Assembly (NCBI GenBank): GCA_964348825.1
Contig: CAYGDX010000002.1
Location: forward strand, 15,489-79,488
DNA from: an uncultured Gammaproteobacteria bacterium
GTDB taxonomy: Bacteria > Patescibacteriota > Patescibacteriia > Veblenbacterales > UBA10138
Reading direction: 5' to 3'
DNA length: 64,000 bases
Positions 46,895-57,269 of this stretch are shown piece by piece (positions within the stretch are counted from its first letter, which is position 1; each line of letters opens with the position of its first letter). The translations under genes and the position numbers were made by a program. Below the pieces are notes generated by a model. The model was not told the DNA's origin. It saw nothing but the letters and a program-made list of their open reading frames with translations, and searched no databases.

Positions 46895-47212
46895 TTAATG
46901 ACAACTCTTACTAACCCTCAATGGCAACTTTTGTTGCTCGCCAAGTAAGCGACGAGTAGTGCGACGACCAATCACAGTTAACTTTACCTCTTTAATATAC
47001 CATTTTTGCGGCGTTCTTACACCATAACCAGTAAGCAACCCTTTATTAATTAAACTTTCTAAACTTTTAGTAATAATATTCACTAAATCACCATCCTTGG
47101 ACTTTAATTTTTGATCATCATAAAAGTGCACAAAAATATCCCTCTTGATAACCTTCGGCGGTATTCCATAACACGCCTTTAAAATATATTTTTGTAATGG
47201 CGACAAGCGCAT
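46895..47212 (-). CDS. hypothetical protein
   Basis: 105 aa and basic. No motif. Confidence 0.3.
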   Translation of the reverse strand: MRLSPLQKYILKACYGIPPKVIKRDIFVHFYDDQKLKSKDGDLVNIITKSLESLINKGLLTGYGVRTPQKWYIKEVKLTVIGRRTTRRLLGEQQKLPLRVSKSCH

Positions 47213-47319
47213 GATAAAAATTCAAAAGTAAAAAGTAAAAACTCAAAACTTTTGATTTTTGTTTTTTAAATTTTAAATCTGTAATTCTACACCATACTCC
47301 CTACACGCTACACCCTAAA

Positions 47320-47982
47320 CTACAACAACTTCGTTTCATTAATCACAATCTCAAGCTTATACCCCAACTTCGCGGCCGCGTGCCGACAATACGCCATACG
47401 CTCGGAAAAAATTTCAAAATATTCCATAATTGGCGAGTGCTCGGTATCAATCATCAATTTCAAAGCAATAATTTTGTTTTTATTATCCACTGTTAATTCA
47501 TTACTCGTTACGGCATAATTTACGCGGTCATGAATATCTTGGCTTAAATTAGATGGCCTAGTATCAAACACGCGCGACTGCCGCACATCTGATTTATCGG
47601 CAATCACGAGACAAGCCACAATTGGGCCAGGAATAGTAATATCTTCTTTATCGTGATCAGCAATCGCTTGCATAATAGTAGCTACTTCGGCGGGATCGGC
47701 TTGGGTAGAAAATACCTGCCCAAAAAGCAGTGCTCCCCAATAATGGTGTTGCGTGCGACCTAAAAAATTTCCCATATCGTGGCACCACCCGGCAATAGCC
47801 GCCAGCTCTTGTTCTGATTCCGACAAACCAATTGATTGCGCGAGTTCACGAGCGCGGCTGGCCACAATTTCCGAATGACTAGTGCCGTGGTCGGTATAAC
47901 CAATCTGCTGGGCATAAATTTCCGTTTGACGAATGTACTCAGAGATGAGCGGATTAGATTTAACTTGTTCTAAAGTAAGCAT
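47320..47982 (-). CDS. HD-domain phosphohydrolase
   Basis: 220 aa. H..H ... CHDMGN ... D in the HD-motif arrangement. Confidence 0.7.
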   Translation of the reverse strand: MLTLEQVKSNPLISEYIRQTEIYAQQIGYTDHGTSHSEIVASRARELAQSIGLSESEQELAAIAGWCHDMGNFLGRTQHHYWGALLFGQVFSTQADPAEVATIMQAIADHDKEDITIPGPIVACLVIADKSDVRQSRVFDTRPSNLSQDIHDRVNYAVTSNELTVDNKNKIIALKLMIDTEHSPIMEYFEIFSERMAYCRHAAAKLGYKLEIVINETKLL

Positions 47983-48045
47983 GGCAAATAAATTAAAATG
48001 TAAAAATCAAAATGCAAAATGACAATGTAAAATGAAAAATTAACC

Positions 48046-48212
48046 GTCGTGCAACCCTGTCGGAAAGTTAGCGCAGAGCGGAAGTCAAACGAGCGTCCGG
48101 TCAGGCCGTGTTTGTGGTCGCTGTGCATAGGCCTGACCAGCGAGTTTGACGAGCACTGCCTAACTTGGAGACAAAGGTTGCGACTCTTGCACTACTTCTC
48201 TAGAGAAGTAGA
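48046..48212. repeat. GC-rich hairpin repeat, copy 3 (reverse orientation)
   Basis: Its reverse complement aligns to copy 1 and includes the CTACTTCTCTAGAGAAGTAG palindrome. The internal stem carries compensatory changes (GGTCAGGCC/GGCCTGACC against GGCTCAAGC/GCTTGAGCC). Confidence 0.8.
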
Positions 48213-48232
48213 AAAAATAAATAAATTTTAAA

Positions 48233-49651
48233 CTAACTACCAATTTTTATCCCCAACTCATCCAATTGTTCCTTAGCAACTTCCGATGGTGCGCCCATTA
48301 AAGGATCGCGTACATCGCCCGTGAGCGGGAAAGCAATTACTTCGCGAATATTTTTTTCACCACACAAAATAGAAACCAAGCGATCAAGGCCAGGTGCGAT
48401 TCCACCATGCGGTGGCACACCGTACTCAAAAGCCTCTATCAAATGACTAAATTGTTGTTTTTGCTCAGCTGAAAAACCGATTAAATCCCAAATTTTTTCC
48501 TGCACCCGTGGATCGTAAATCCGCAAACTCCCGCCACCCACTTCCAAACCATTAAGCACTAAATCATGTTGATATGCTTTCGCACTACCCGGATCAGTTT
48601 CAAGCAACGGCAAATCTTCTTCTTTTGGCCGAGTGAACATATGGTGTGAAGGAGCCCATTCACTCTTGCCTGAACCATGAAAAAAGTCATCTTTGGATTG
48701 TTTGTTAAATAATGGAAAATCAATCACCCAAGCAAAGGCGAGTTCTTGGGGATCATTTTTATCTCGCCTTAAATCTGGTTTATCAACACCATACTTAGTC
48801 ATAACTTCAGCGTGTTTTAAACGTGGCCAAGGTGAAAATGTAAAATGTTTCTCAGGAAATAATTTTTTTACCATGCTTACAAACATATCTTCAGTTAAAT
48901 CCAAAATTTCGGCCTGCGACATAAAAGACATTTCCATATCTATTTGATAAAATTCGCCCGGGGATCGGTCAGCCCGTGCATCTTCATCGCGAAAACACGG
49001 CGCAATTTGGAAATATCTTTCAAACCCTGCCACCATCAGCAACTGTTTATATTGTTGTGGGCTTTGCGGTAGGGCAAAAAACTTTCCTTTGTGCACCCGA
49101 CTAGGCACCAAATAATCACGCGCACCTTCAGGCGTGGATTTAGAAAGCATTGGTGTTTGAATGTAAGTAAAATCGTGATCATTTAAATAATCAACTACAA
49201 AACGAATTATACTCGAACGTGATTTCATATTTTTTGCCATTCTAGTGTGCCGTAAATCAAGGTAACGATATTTAAGCCGTAGTTCTTCCGCCGCTTGCCG
49301 TTCTTCATTTTCAATTTCAAAGGGTGGAGTTTTAGCTTGGCTTAAAATTTCTACTTTTGAGGCTAAAATTTCTACACCACCAGTTGCCAAACCAGGATTC
49401 TCGCGCCCCGCATCACGCTTTTGCACCTTGCCGGTAATTGCCACCACAAATTCTGGCCGCATATCTTTGGCGGCTTGGAGCGATGCTTCGTCAACATTGC
49501 TGGGCGCGATAACTACTTGCATGAGTCCGCTACGATCCCGCAAATCAATAAAAACCATTTTGCCTAAATTGCGGCGCACGTGTACCCAACCAGAAAGCAA
49601 AACTTCCTCGCCTATTTTATTAACCGATTCACTAATAAAAATTCGTGACAT
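48233..49651 (-). CDS. aspS: aspartyl-tRNA synthetase (bacterial type, lacking GAD insertion)
   Basis: 472 aa. N-terminal OB fold and class II motifs (FRDEDARADRSPGEFYQID; SHHMFTRP; GGSLRI; GLDRLV). Confidence 0.8.
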   Translation of the reverse strand: MSRIFISESVNKIGEEVLLSGWVHVRRNLGKMVFIDLRDRSGLMQVVIAPSNVDEASLQAAKDMRPEFVVAITGKVQKRDAGRENPGLATGGVEILASKVEILSQAKTPPFEIENEERQAAEELRLKYRYLDLRHTRMAKNMKSRSSIIRFVVDYLNDHDFTYIQTPMLSKSTPEGARDYLVPSRVHKGKFFALPQSPQQYKQLLMVAGFERYFQIAPCFRDEDARADRSPGEFYQIDMEMSFMSQAEILDLTEDMFVSMVKKLFPEKHFTFSPWPRLKHAEVMTKYGVDKPDLRRDKNDPQELAFAWVIDFPLFNKQSKDDFFHGSGKSEWAPSHHMFTRPKEEDLPLLETDPGSAKAYQHDLVLNGLEVGGGSLRIYDPRVQEKIWDLIGFSAEQKQQFSHLIEAFEYGVPPHGGIAPGLDRLVSILCGEKNIREVIAFPLTGDVRDPLMGAPSEVAKEQLDELGIKIGS

Positions 49652-49917
49652 AATATAACCAATAAAAAATTACTACCCCGAATATCATTCCACACTATCG
49701 GGAATGAACATTCGGAATTTAAATATAAATAAATGTAAATTAAAAACTATTTTACTGGTGTGGCCGCTGGAATTTGACTAATAACATTGGGCTGTTCCAA
49801 AATTTTCAAAGCTGAAATGCCACCCGCCACGATGGTAACAGACACTATGAGCATCCAAGCCATAAAACTGTTAACGTAAAATTGTTTGACCGTTCTCATA
49901 AAATTTATGATTAATTA

Positions 49918-51246
49918 TTAAGGTCTTAAACGATTAATTAATCTGGGGAATGGAATACTCTCGCGCACGTGTTTTAAACCGCACAACCAAGTAACAATTC
50001 GTTCTAAACCATAACCAAACCCCGAATGTGGTACCGAGCCAAAGCGACGAGTATCTAAATACCATTCAAATTCTTTAATTGGTAATTTATGTTCTTTCAT
50101 TCGCTCAATGAGCATTTCTAAATTATCCTCGCGCTGACTGCCACCAATAATTTCGCCATAACCCTCAGGCGCGAGTAAATCGGCATTCAAAACACGACTT
50201 GAATCCTCAGGATCGCGCTTCATATAAAATGCCTTCACCGCGCTTGGATACTTTTCCACAAAAATCGGCTTGTCATACATTTGCGTTAAAGTTGTTTCGT
50301 CATCGGCACCTAAATCATCCATGGCACCAATATCGCTCCCCCTTTCTTTCAAAAGACGAACTGCCTCAGCGTGAGTGATTCTATAAAATGGTGGCTTAAT
50401 ATTTTGTAGTGGCACAACATCACGTTCTAAAATTTTTAGTTCCGCCGCATTTTTAGCTAAAACTTGAGCCACAATAAAACTAATTAAATTTTCCTGGATG
50501 ACCAAGTTTTCCGCGTGCTCCACAAAAGCGGCTTCGGCGTCCATCATCCAAAATTCGGTTAAGTGCCTTCTAGTTTTGGATTTCTCAGCCCGAAATACTG
50601 GCCCAAAATCAAATACGCGTCCAAACGAAGCAATCGCTGCTTCTAAATAAAGTTGACCAGATTGTGTAAGATACGCTGGTTCATCGAAATAATCAATTTT
50701 AAAAAGTTCAGTTGTGCCTTCACAAGAAGTCGGTGTAAGAATCGGTGAATCAATTTTAATAAAATTCTCATTATTTAAAAATTCGTACGTGGCATTGATA
50801 ATGGTATTACGCACCCGTTGAATCGCCCACTGCCGTGAGGAGCGAAGCCAAAGATGACGGTTATCCAACAGAAAATCTGGACCATGTTCTTTTTTACCAA
50901 TCGGATATTCAATTGATTTACTAATTAATTTAACTGCGGAAGCATGAAGTTCATATTCATCTTTTTTAGGGTGTTTGGCTACTAGACCAGTTACTTCTAC
51001 CGCTGATTCAAGAGTTAGCTCTCCGCAAACCTGCAAACTCGCCTCACCCGCGCTTTTACCCTCTACTACAATAGATACGAAACCAGCACCATCGCGTAGT
51101 TCCAAAAACCAAATCTTACCCGAAGACCTAAAATTCGCTACCCAACCTTTAAGGGTAACTACTTCGCCAATACTTTCCGCTAATTTGTTTGATAAAATAT
51201 CCATAATATACTTAGATAATTTAACATTTTTCTGCAATTTCCGCAA
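49918..51246 (-). CDS. asnS: asparaginyl-tRNA synthetase or archaeal-type (type 2) AspRS
   Basis: 442 aa with an OB fold. FRAEKSKTRRHLTEFWMMDAE and GSVPHSGFGYGLERIV are class IIb motifs. Sequence alone does not settle Asn versus Asp specificity. Confidence 0.7.
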   Translation of the reverse strand: MRKLQKNVKLSKYIMDILSNKLAESIGEVVTLKGWVANFRSSGKIWFLELRDGAGFVSIVVEGKSAGEASLQVCGELTLESAVEVTGLVAKHPKKDEYELHASAVKLISKSIEYPIGKKEHGPDFLLDNRHLWLRSSRQWAIQRVRNTIINATYEFLNNENFIKIDSPILTPTSCEGTTELFKIDYFDEPAYLTQSGQLYLEAAIASFGRVFDFGPVFRAEKSKTRRHLTEFWMMDAEAAFVEHAENLVIQENLISFIVAQVLAKNAAELKILERDVVPLQNIKPPFYRITHAEAVRLLKERGSDIGAMDDLGADDETTLTQMYDKPIFVEKYPSAVKAFYMKRDPEDSSRVLNADLLAPEGYGEIIGGSQREDNLEMLIERMKEHKLPIKEFEWYLDTRRFGSVPHSGFGYGLERIVTWLCGLKHVRESIPFPRLINRLRP

Positions 51247-51328
51247 ACTTTTAAAACACAGATGAAATAATCACCCCCTTGAACTGTATTATACTCTATG
51301 CTAATGTAGTACGCGTAACTTTACATTT

Positions 51329-52231
51329 ATGCTAAAACCATCACAACCATACCAAATATCATTAAGTGAAATAATTGGCCTAACTTATTTAGTGCTGATT
51401 TTACTAGCCGCCGGCCTAGGTATTTTTGTTTACTGGGGCGGATTAAATATAAAATTCCTTGGCCCAATTTTACTAGGCGGACTGATATTTAGCGTGCTTT
51501 ACTTTTTGTTTATTAAAAAATATCACTGGCGCGATAGTTTACGGCATCTCATTTATTTTGCAGGCATAGCTTGGCCACTCCTTTTACTCGCTTTTAACTA
51601 CGTTAACTTGCGAGTTTGGAAAACACCCGGTATTACCCTGCTTGATAATGTTTTAATGAATATTGATAAATCTATTTTTGGTGGCACAAATATTCACGCG
51701 ACTCTAGGCCAATTTAATTTACCCACTTTAGAATTTTGGCTAGCTTTCTCCTACTTGGCATTTTTTGGTTTTTATGTAATTACACCCCTAGTTTTGTACG
51801 ATAAAGATAATCAACGTGCAACGCGTGATATAGTATTATCAATAACTTTAATTTCTTATTTATCTTTTATCTGGTATCATTTTTGGCCCGCCGCTGGTCC
51901 GTGGCGATTTTTTAGCGGTGATTATGCCACAACCCTTGGTACACCAATTAGTCAATTTTTAACTGCCATTGTACAAAAATATGGTAATGGAGTAGATGCT
52001 CTGCCCAGCTTACATGCTGGCATAACAGCAATTTTTATGTATTATTTGTATAAGTACAATCGACGATTTTTTTGGTGGACACTACCGATTTTAGCCAGCG
52101 TGTATCCAGCCACGATTTATTTACGCTTCCATTATGTAACCGATATCATTGCTGGCGTAGTAGTTGCCGCACTTGTACTTTGGCTCACGCCAAAATTAAA
52201 TGATTGGTGGTTCGACGAAAAATCATCCTAA
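51329..52231 (+). CDS. PAP2-family membrane phosphatase
   Basis: 300 aa, polytopic. PSLHAG (a PSGH-like motif) and RFHYVTD (SRx5Hx3D). Confidence 0.6.
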   Translation: MLKPSQPYQISLSEIIGLTYLVLILLAAGLGIFVYWGGLNIKFLGPILLGGLIFSVLYFLFIKKYHWRDSLRHLIYFAGIAWPLLLLAFNYVNLRVWKTPGITLLDNVLMNIDKSIFGGTNIHATLGQFNLPTLEFWLAFSYLAFFGFYVITPLVLYDKDNQRATRDIVLSITLISYLSFIWYHFWPAAGPWRFFSGDYATTLGTPISQFLTAIVQKYGNGVDALPSLHAGITAIFMYYLYKYNRRFFWWTLPILASVYPATIYLRFHYVTDIIAGVVVAALVLWLTPKLNDWWFDEKSS

Positions 52232-52349
52232 ATAAATTTAAATTCACCCCGTCACAAATACCGTACGGCCGCACAGTTTTTGTGACGGTAAAATAAAAAG
52301 ATCGACTTATTAGCCGATCTTTTGTTATTTTATTTAACAAAATTTTCCG

Positions 52350-52739
52350 TTACTCTTGCGGTGATGCTTCAAATTCAATTTCAATCAAAGCCCCGAAAGG
52401 CAAACCGGCTACCCCGAAGGTTTTTCTTCTTGGCTTAATAAGAACATCTTTGAATGCTTCGGCGTAAATTTCATTGACAACAGTGTAATCATCCATTGAT
52501 TTTAACATTATTGTCACGCCGAATACATCGTTGAGAGACAATCGACACTCTTCAAGATACTTTTTCATTTTAGCAATAATTTGCCGGGTTTGCTCAGATA
52601 CATCAATTGAAATTAGTTTTTTGTCATTACCAATGTTTGGCAAGGTTCCGGAAAAATAATTTATATCACCAAGTTTCACACAAACTGAGTATGGTAATTG
52701 TGAATTTTGGTCAATTGATAAAGGACAAGTTTTATTCAT
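52350..52739 (-). CDS. RidA/YjgF/TdcF-family protein
   Basis: 129 aa. The C-terminal GLPFGALIEIEFEA is typical of the RidA family. Bracketed by direct copies of a hairpin repeat. Confidence 0.6.
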   Translation of the reverse strand: MNKTCPLSIDQNSQLPYSVCVKLGDINYFSGTLPNIGNDKKLISIDVSEQTRQIIAKMKKYLEECRLSLNDVFGVTIMLKSMDDYTVVNEIYAEAFKDVLIKPRRKTFGVAGLPFGALIEIEFEASPQE

Positions 52740-52962
52740 ATCGTTAAACCTCTTGTTAAATTAAATTTTAATTTTTGATTATTTTGAATTATTTTTATTT
52801 TACCTTAACAAAATATTATACCTAAATGATAAAAAAGTCAACACCTTAAAATCCACTACCAAAACTTACCCAAATAACAACCAATCTTAATCTGATTTAA
52901 ATTTACCCCGTCACAAATATTTCGCGGCCGCTGACAGTTTGTGATGAAAAAAATTAACTTAA

Positions 52963-53589
52963 TTATTTACCAAAAAACTTTTTAAACAATCGCCCAAGCT
53001 GTTGTCTTTTTTTATTATCACTTAAAAAATGAATAGCCGACGGAGCAACTGAGATTACAATAATTAAACCAACAATCGGTATTAGGTATTTATCCGCATT
53101 GGGAACCACGCTACCTAAAAAATATCCGAGCAATGTAATTCCTACAGCCCAAAGTAATCCGCCAGTTAAATTAAATAACAAAAAAGTTGGATAATGCATT
53201 TCACCAATACCAGCTAATATTGGTGCGAGTGTGCGAATACCGGGAATAAAACGCGCTAAGATAATTGCCTTACCACCATGTTTTTCATAAAACAATCGTG
53301 CTCGTTCAATATTTTCCGGATTAAAAATCAATGATTCTGGTTTACTAAAAAATCTTCTCCCTACCCTGCGACCAAAAGTGTAACCCACGCTATCGCCCAC
53401 TACTGCCGCCGTAAAACACAAAAATACCAAGGCGGCAATATTAAAAATACCTTGCGATGCTAAAAATCCGGCTGTGAAAAGTAAACTATCTCCGGGAAAA
53501 AACACCCCGATCAAAAGCCCTGATTCAGCAAAAATGATCAAGGTAATGCCAATATAACCTGAGGCGATAATTAGTTCTTGGAAGTTCAT
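52963..53589 (-). CDS. DedA-family membrane protein
   Basis: 208 aa. FFPGDSLLFTAG and RFIPGIRTLAPILAG motifs. Confidence 0.75.
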   Translation of the reverse strand: MNFQELIIASGYIGITLIIFAESGLLIGVFFPGDSLLFTAGFLASQGIFNIAALVFLCFTAAVVGDSVGYTFGRRVGRRFFSKPESLIFNPENIERARLFYEKHGGKAIILARFIPGIRTLAPILAGIGEMHYPTFLLFNLTGGLLWAVGITLLGYFLGSVVPNADKYLIPIVGLIIVISVAPSAIHFLSDNKKRQQLGRLFKKFFGK

Positions 53590-53772
53590 ACCCAGAATAT
53601 CAACTTCGCTCCGCCTAACTTAGACAAGCGTTGGTTGAAGATTTAATAATTAAATTATGATTAAAATTAGAAAACATAGTAAGAGTATTATTTAGGCGGA
53701 AATAAGCTTAAGCGAAGTTGTATTACTGGGCATACCTTTATATACTAGCAAAAAATATTAGTTTTGACTTAA

Positions 53773-54483
53773 ATGCCATTGGGATTTAAGCTTAATTTAG
53801 CTATGATACAAATTAAACGATTATTTATCTTTTTACTCGGTCTTGATGTTTTGGTGATATTCTTACACCAAACGCTTGGGGATAAACATTTATTTTTTAA
53901 TTTAGATGCCGAACAAAATCTGGCCGCCTTAATTGGTGGTTTTGAACTTTTAATTATTTCTGCATTAAGTTTACTAATTTGGTTTTTATTTAATAAAATT
54001 AGAGAGACAAAAATTAAATACTGGCCGTGGATTGCCCTAACCTTAATCACTAGTGGGCTCGCGGTTGATGATATGCTAGCACTACACGAACGAGTTACTT
54101 TTATAATAAACAAAATTACCGAAATTGGTAACAACACAGGTCAATCTTTTAATTGGTTACTTTATTACATACCACTAATTTTAATGGCGCTAATTATTTT
54201 TAGTTTAATCATTAAACAAATTTGGTTAGAGCAAAAATCCGCCGCTTATTATTTTATAGCCGGAGTAACGGCTTGGCTTTTAAGTTTAGGGAGCGAACTA
54301 ATCGGCCGCACGCTAATTTTAGCGCCAACTATAAATGTTCCACTTTACCATTCATTAATTATTGCGGAGGAAGCACTAGAACTTGTTGGCGCTTCGTTAA
54401 TTATCATCGCCTGCGCTACCTTGCTACAAAATATTTACAAAAAACACGTGGTAATAAAAAACCATCACTCAATTATTGTTTAA
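53773..54483 (+). CDS. hypothetical membrane protein
   Basis: 236 aa with 6 TM helices. Preferred over the overlapping minus-strand ORF, which has poor hydropathy and composition. Confidence 0.4.
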   Translation: MPLGFKLNLAMIQIKRLFIFLLGLDVLVIFLHQTLGDKHLFFNLDAEQNLAALIGGFELLIISALSLLIWFLFNKIRETKIKYWPWIALTLITSGLAVDDMLALHERVTFIINKITEIGNNTGQSFNWLLYYIPLILMALIIFSLIIKQIWLEQKSAAYYFIAGVTAWLLSLGSELIGRTLILAPTINVPLYHSLIIAEEALELVGASLIIIACATLLQNIYKKHVVIKNHHSIIV

Positions 54484-54549
54484 TAAAAAAGTGACGGCAT
54501 AACTATACTCGCTGAATTAATAATACCAGAATATTTACTGGCATTGTTT

Positions 54550-54867
54550 TTATTTTTTTAACAAATCATTGAATTGACGTAATCTGCTGTCTGATAAACA
54601 AATACCAACATCGTCTCCGGTTTTAGCCGATTCAACCTCAACACCATCCTTCTCGATGCGAATTATATTATCAGTAATAATCGGGCCGGCTAATATTTTA
54701 ATTTGTTGACCAACATTAACAATACCATCTGTTACCTTAACCAGCATGATGGTACCGTGTTTAGTGTTACATCTATCTTTTGCTTTCGAAGAACTAAATA
54801 TTCTAGTAACTTCTAATACAAATCCGTCACCAGCGATTGTTGTGAGAACTGAAGAATTTGTTTCCAT
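54550..54867 (-). CDS. hypothetical small beta-barrel protein (EF-Tu domain-2-like?)
   Basis: 105 aa. GDDVGICL resembles translation-factor beta-barrel domain II. Weak. Confidence 0.3.
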   Translation of the reverse strand: METNSSVLTTIAGDGFVLEVTRIFSSSKAKDRCNTKHGTIMLVKVTDGIVNVGQQIKILAGPIITDNIIRIEKDGVEVESAKTGDDVGICLSDSRLRQFNDLLKK

Positions 54868-55007
54868 AATGATTCCTTTTTTAAAGTTTTTTTTAATGTG
54901 ATTTGTGATTATTTAATTTATTTATTTTACTTTGTATTATTTTATTATACTTAATATTTTTTGTCAACACATTGTCAATACTTTTAATTTTCTATACTTC
55001 CACTCAG

Positions 55008-55080
55008 CTCCCTCGCCAGGACTTGAACCTGGAACCTCTCCGTTAACAGCGGAGCGTTCTACCAATTGAACTACAAGGGA
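55008..55080 (-). tRNA. tRNA-Asn (anticodon GUU)
   Basis: TCCCTTGTAGTTCAATTGGTAGAACGCTCCGCTGTTAACGGAG ... GGTTCAAGTCCTGGCGAGGGAG. Confidence 0.8.
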
Positions 55081-55368
55081 ACAAAATGGAAGTATAAACG
55101 AAAACCAGCCCCGTGATCCGCCGGTTGGCGGAGGGACTGGTTTTAAAATACAAGAAAATCACCAATCCCTAGGGCTGGTTATTATTGTTATTCAAAGTGG
55201 AAACAAATCGCTTCAACATAAGTAATTTAAGTATAGATCATTGATAAATTTCCGTCAAACTTACATTTGACAAAACCTACCAAAAGCGTAAGATTGTAGG
55301 CAAATAAACCTCAAATAAAAATAATCTAAAATCACAAAATCAAAACCACAAAATAAAGGATCAACTAA

Positions 55369-56373
55369 ATGAAACTGTTACTTAAAATATCTTGGCTGTG
55401 GTTGTTAATTATAACCACTACCTTACTCCCCATACCATCTGTGGCGCAATTTTTCAGGGCAATGCCAGTCAGCACTGTTGAACAAAAAGATACTTGGTTC
55501 GACGAGATGCTACAAAATTATCAAATTTCCTACAAACAACAGCATACTGGTAATTTTGAGCAAGCGGCAATTACTGGTTCTAAATCAGCACGCCACATAC
55601 CACTCGCCATAACTGATTTCAATCGCTATCTTGGTTTGCTGTTAAAACGCGAATCAGATGGTGAAAAAAATTGGGCTGAACAATTAAATTTTACCTTTAA
55701 AGCGCTTAATCAATTTTTAGAAAATGGTAAAGTTGTTGATCACCCTTTCCAAACCTACCTACAATTTGTTTTCACCGAACAGGGCAAAATACTCCGACAA
55801 AATGGTTTAGACACTGCGGAGTTCAATCCAGATATACCTGAATATTTAGCTATAATTGAAAACAACCAGTCAGAAATGTTTAACAATTACCCATGGCTGA
55901 ACCGCGATCCAAATTATGAAGCAAAAATAGTTATTATCTCTCCGCCCAATTTATTTACGGAAAATGAAGACAATGACTATCTGCCAAATATGCTAATTGA
56001 TTATCAAAAAAAGATTATCAATAATCAGGATCAAGCGGCGCGAGTAATAGCTAAAAAAATCGGTAACGATTATTTGGAAACATACTGCATTAGCACTTAC
56101 CTAACAAATGACGACTCCGCCAAAAATTGGTTAAAATCAAGTATTAAATGGTTTGGGCTAGCTGGGTTAAAGGTTGATGATATTAATTTACGACTTCGTA
56201 AAGCCAGCCAATTTATGGAATATGACAGCACTTGGCCCGAAGACGATTATTGTCTTAAAACCATGTGTAGGCGTCTTCAAATATTATACAGTAAAGAATA
56301 TTTGAATGATGAAAAAAACTCTCTCCGAATGGACTTATTACTGCGAGAAGTTAGTATTGTACAAAATAATTAA
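55369..56373 (+). CDS. secreted hypothetical protein
   Basis: 334 aa with a signal peptide (LLIITTTLLPIPSVAQ). No motif. Confidence 0.45.
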   Translation: MKLLLKISWLWLLIITTTLLPIPSVAQFFRAMPVSTVEQKDTWFDEMLQNYQISYKQQHTGNFEQAAITGSKSARHIPLAITDFNRYLGLLLKRESDGEKNWAEQLNFTFKALNQFLENGKVVDHPFQTYLQFVFTEQGKILRQNGLDTAEFNPDIPEYLAIIENNQSEMFNNYPWLNRDPNYEAKIVIISPPNLFTENEDNDYLPNMLIDYQKKIINNQDQAARVIAKKIGNDYLETYCISTYLTNDDSAKNWLKSSIKWFGLAGLKVDDINLRLRKASQFMEYDSTWPEDDYCLKTMCRRLQILYSKEYLNDEKNSLRMDLLLREVSIVQNN

Positions 56374-56390
56374 TGAATTTATCGTGATTT

Positions 56391-56425
56391 AAAAAGACGA
56401 TGCAAAAGCATCGTCTTATTTTTTT
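56391..56425 (+). terminator. rho-independent terminator
   Basis: AAAAAGACGATGCAAAAGCATCGTCTT followed by ATTTTTTT. Confidence 0.8.
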
Positions 56426-56450
56426 ATCAACTTACACAAAAATGATAAAT

Positions 56451-57269
56451 CTATCTTAATTTATAATTCAAATTTATTTCCATTATCACTTCCGAAGTGC
56501 CCGTAGGCAAAGTTGGCAAACTGCCAGCCCCCATACCTGCGCCACCCTTACCATCGTAAATACCGATTGGTGGATTACCTGGCGCTTGAATAATATTTTC
56601 CCACCAACCCACTACTTCGCCTAAATCAACATCAGTCGCTTTAGCTAGCGCCTCGGCCCGCGATTTAGCATCGGCTACCGCTTTGAGGCGCGCCTCTTGT
56701 TTTAAGTCCGACAAATTATCAACTTCAAAAGTAATGCCGGCTACTTGATTGGCGCCAGCCTTGGTCGCTTCTGCAATTACTTTTGAAACAGCTTCAGAAT
56801 TATCTTTTAATTTTCTTACTTTAACTGTTAATTGCTGACTAGCACTATAACCAACCGCAATTGATACGCCGTCTTTAAAATCATATTGCGGATTTAAATT
56901 ATAATTTTGGGTTTGAATATCTTCGGCTGGAATTCCCGCGAGCTTAACTGCCTTAACAACTTGTGTCATTCGATCATTTAATTGCTTTAAAGCACTCTCA
57001 GCTGAAAATTGCTTGGTTAAATCCACCCCTAAAGTTACTACCGCAATATCGGGCTGATAAGATACCTTGCCTTGACCAGTCACACTCACCTGCCACTGTG
57101 GCTGATTCACTATTCGATCGCGTATAATTGCTACAATAACAATAGTAGCCAATAGCACATAACCCACTAAACGAATAATAGTTTTAGGATTATGCCAACT
57201 TGGTGTGCAGCAGGATTTGATTTGATCCGCATCAACGGATTGATTATGATTTGAACAATTTTGACACAT
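56451..57269 (-). CDS. SIMPL-domain (DUF541) protein, membrane-anchored
   Basis: 272 aa. VSVTGQGKVSYQPDIAVVTLGV and the C-terminal EVDNLSDLKQEARLKAVADAKSRAEALA pattern. Confidence 0.65.
   Translation of the reverse strand: MCQNCSNHNQSVDADQIKSCCTPSWHNPKTIIRLVGYVLLATIVIVAIIRDRIVNQPQWQVSVTGQGKVSYQPDIAVVTLGVDLTKQFSAESALKQLNDRMTQVVKAVKLAGIPAEDIQTQNYNLNPQYDFKDGVSIAVGYSASQQLTVKVRKLKDNSEAVSKVIAEATKAGANQVAGITFEVDNLSDLKQEARLKAVADAKSRAEALAKATDVDLGEVVGWWENIIQAPGNPPIGIYDGKGGAGMGAGSLPTLPTGTSEVIMEINLNYKLR

Noticed and set aside
52248-52946. Interpreting the TCACAAA hairpins as rho-independent terminators
   Set aside because: The A/T runs lie on the 5' side of the hairpin relative to the transcribed strand of the adjacent genes. 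They are treated as a palindromic repeat family instead.
53769-54137. 122-aa minus-strand ORF
   Set aside because: It overlaps the longer plus-strand membrane-protein ORF, which has consistent TM hydropathy. The minus-strand translation is Ser/Lys low-complexity.
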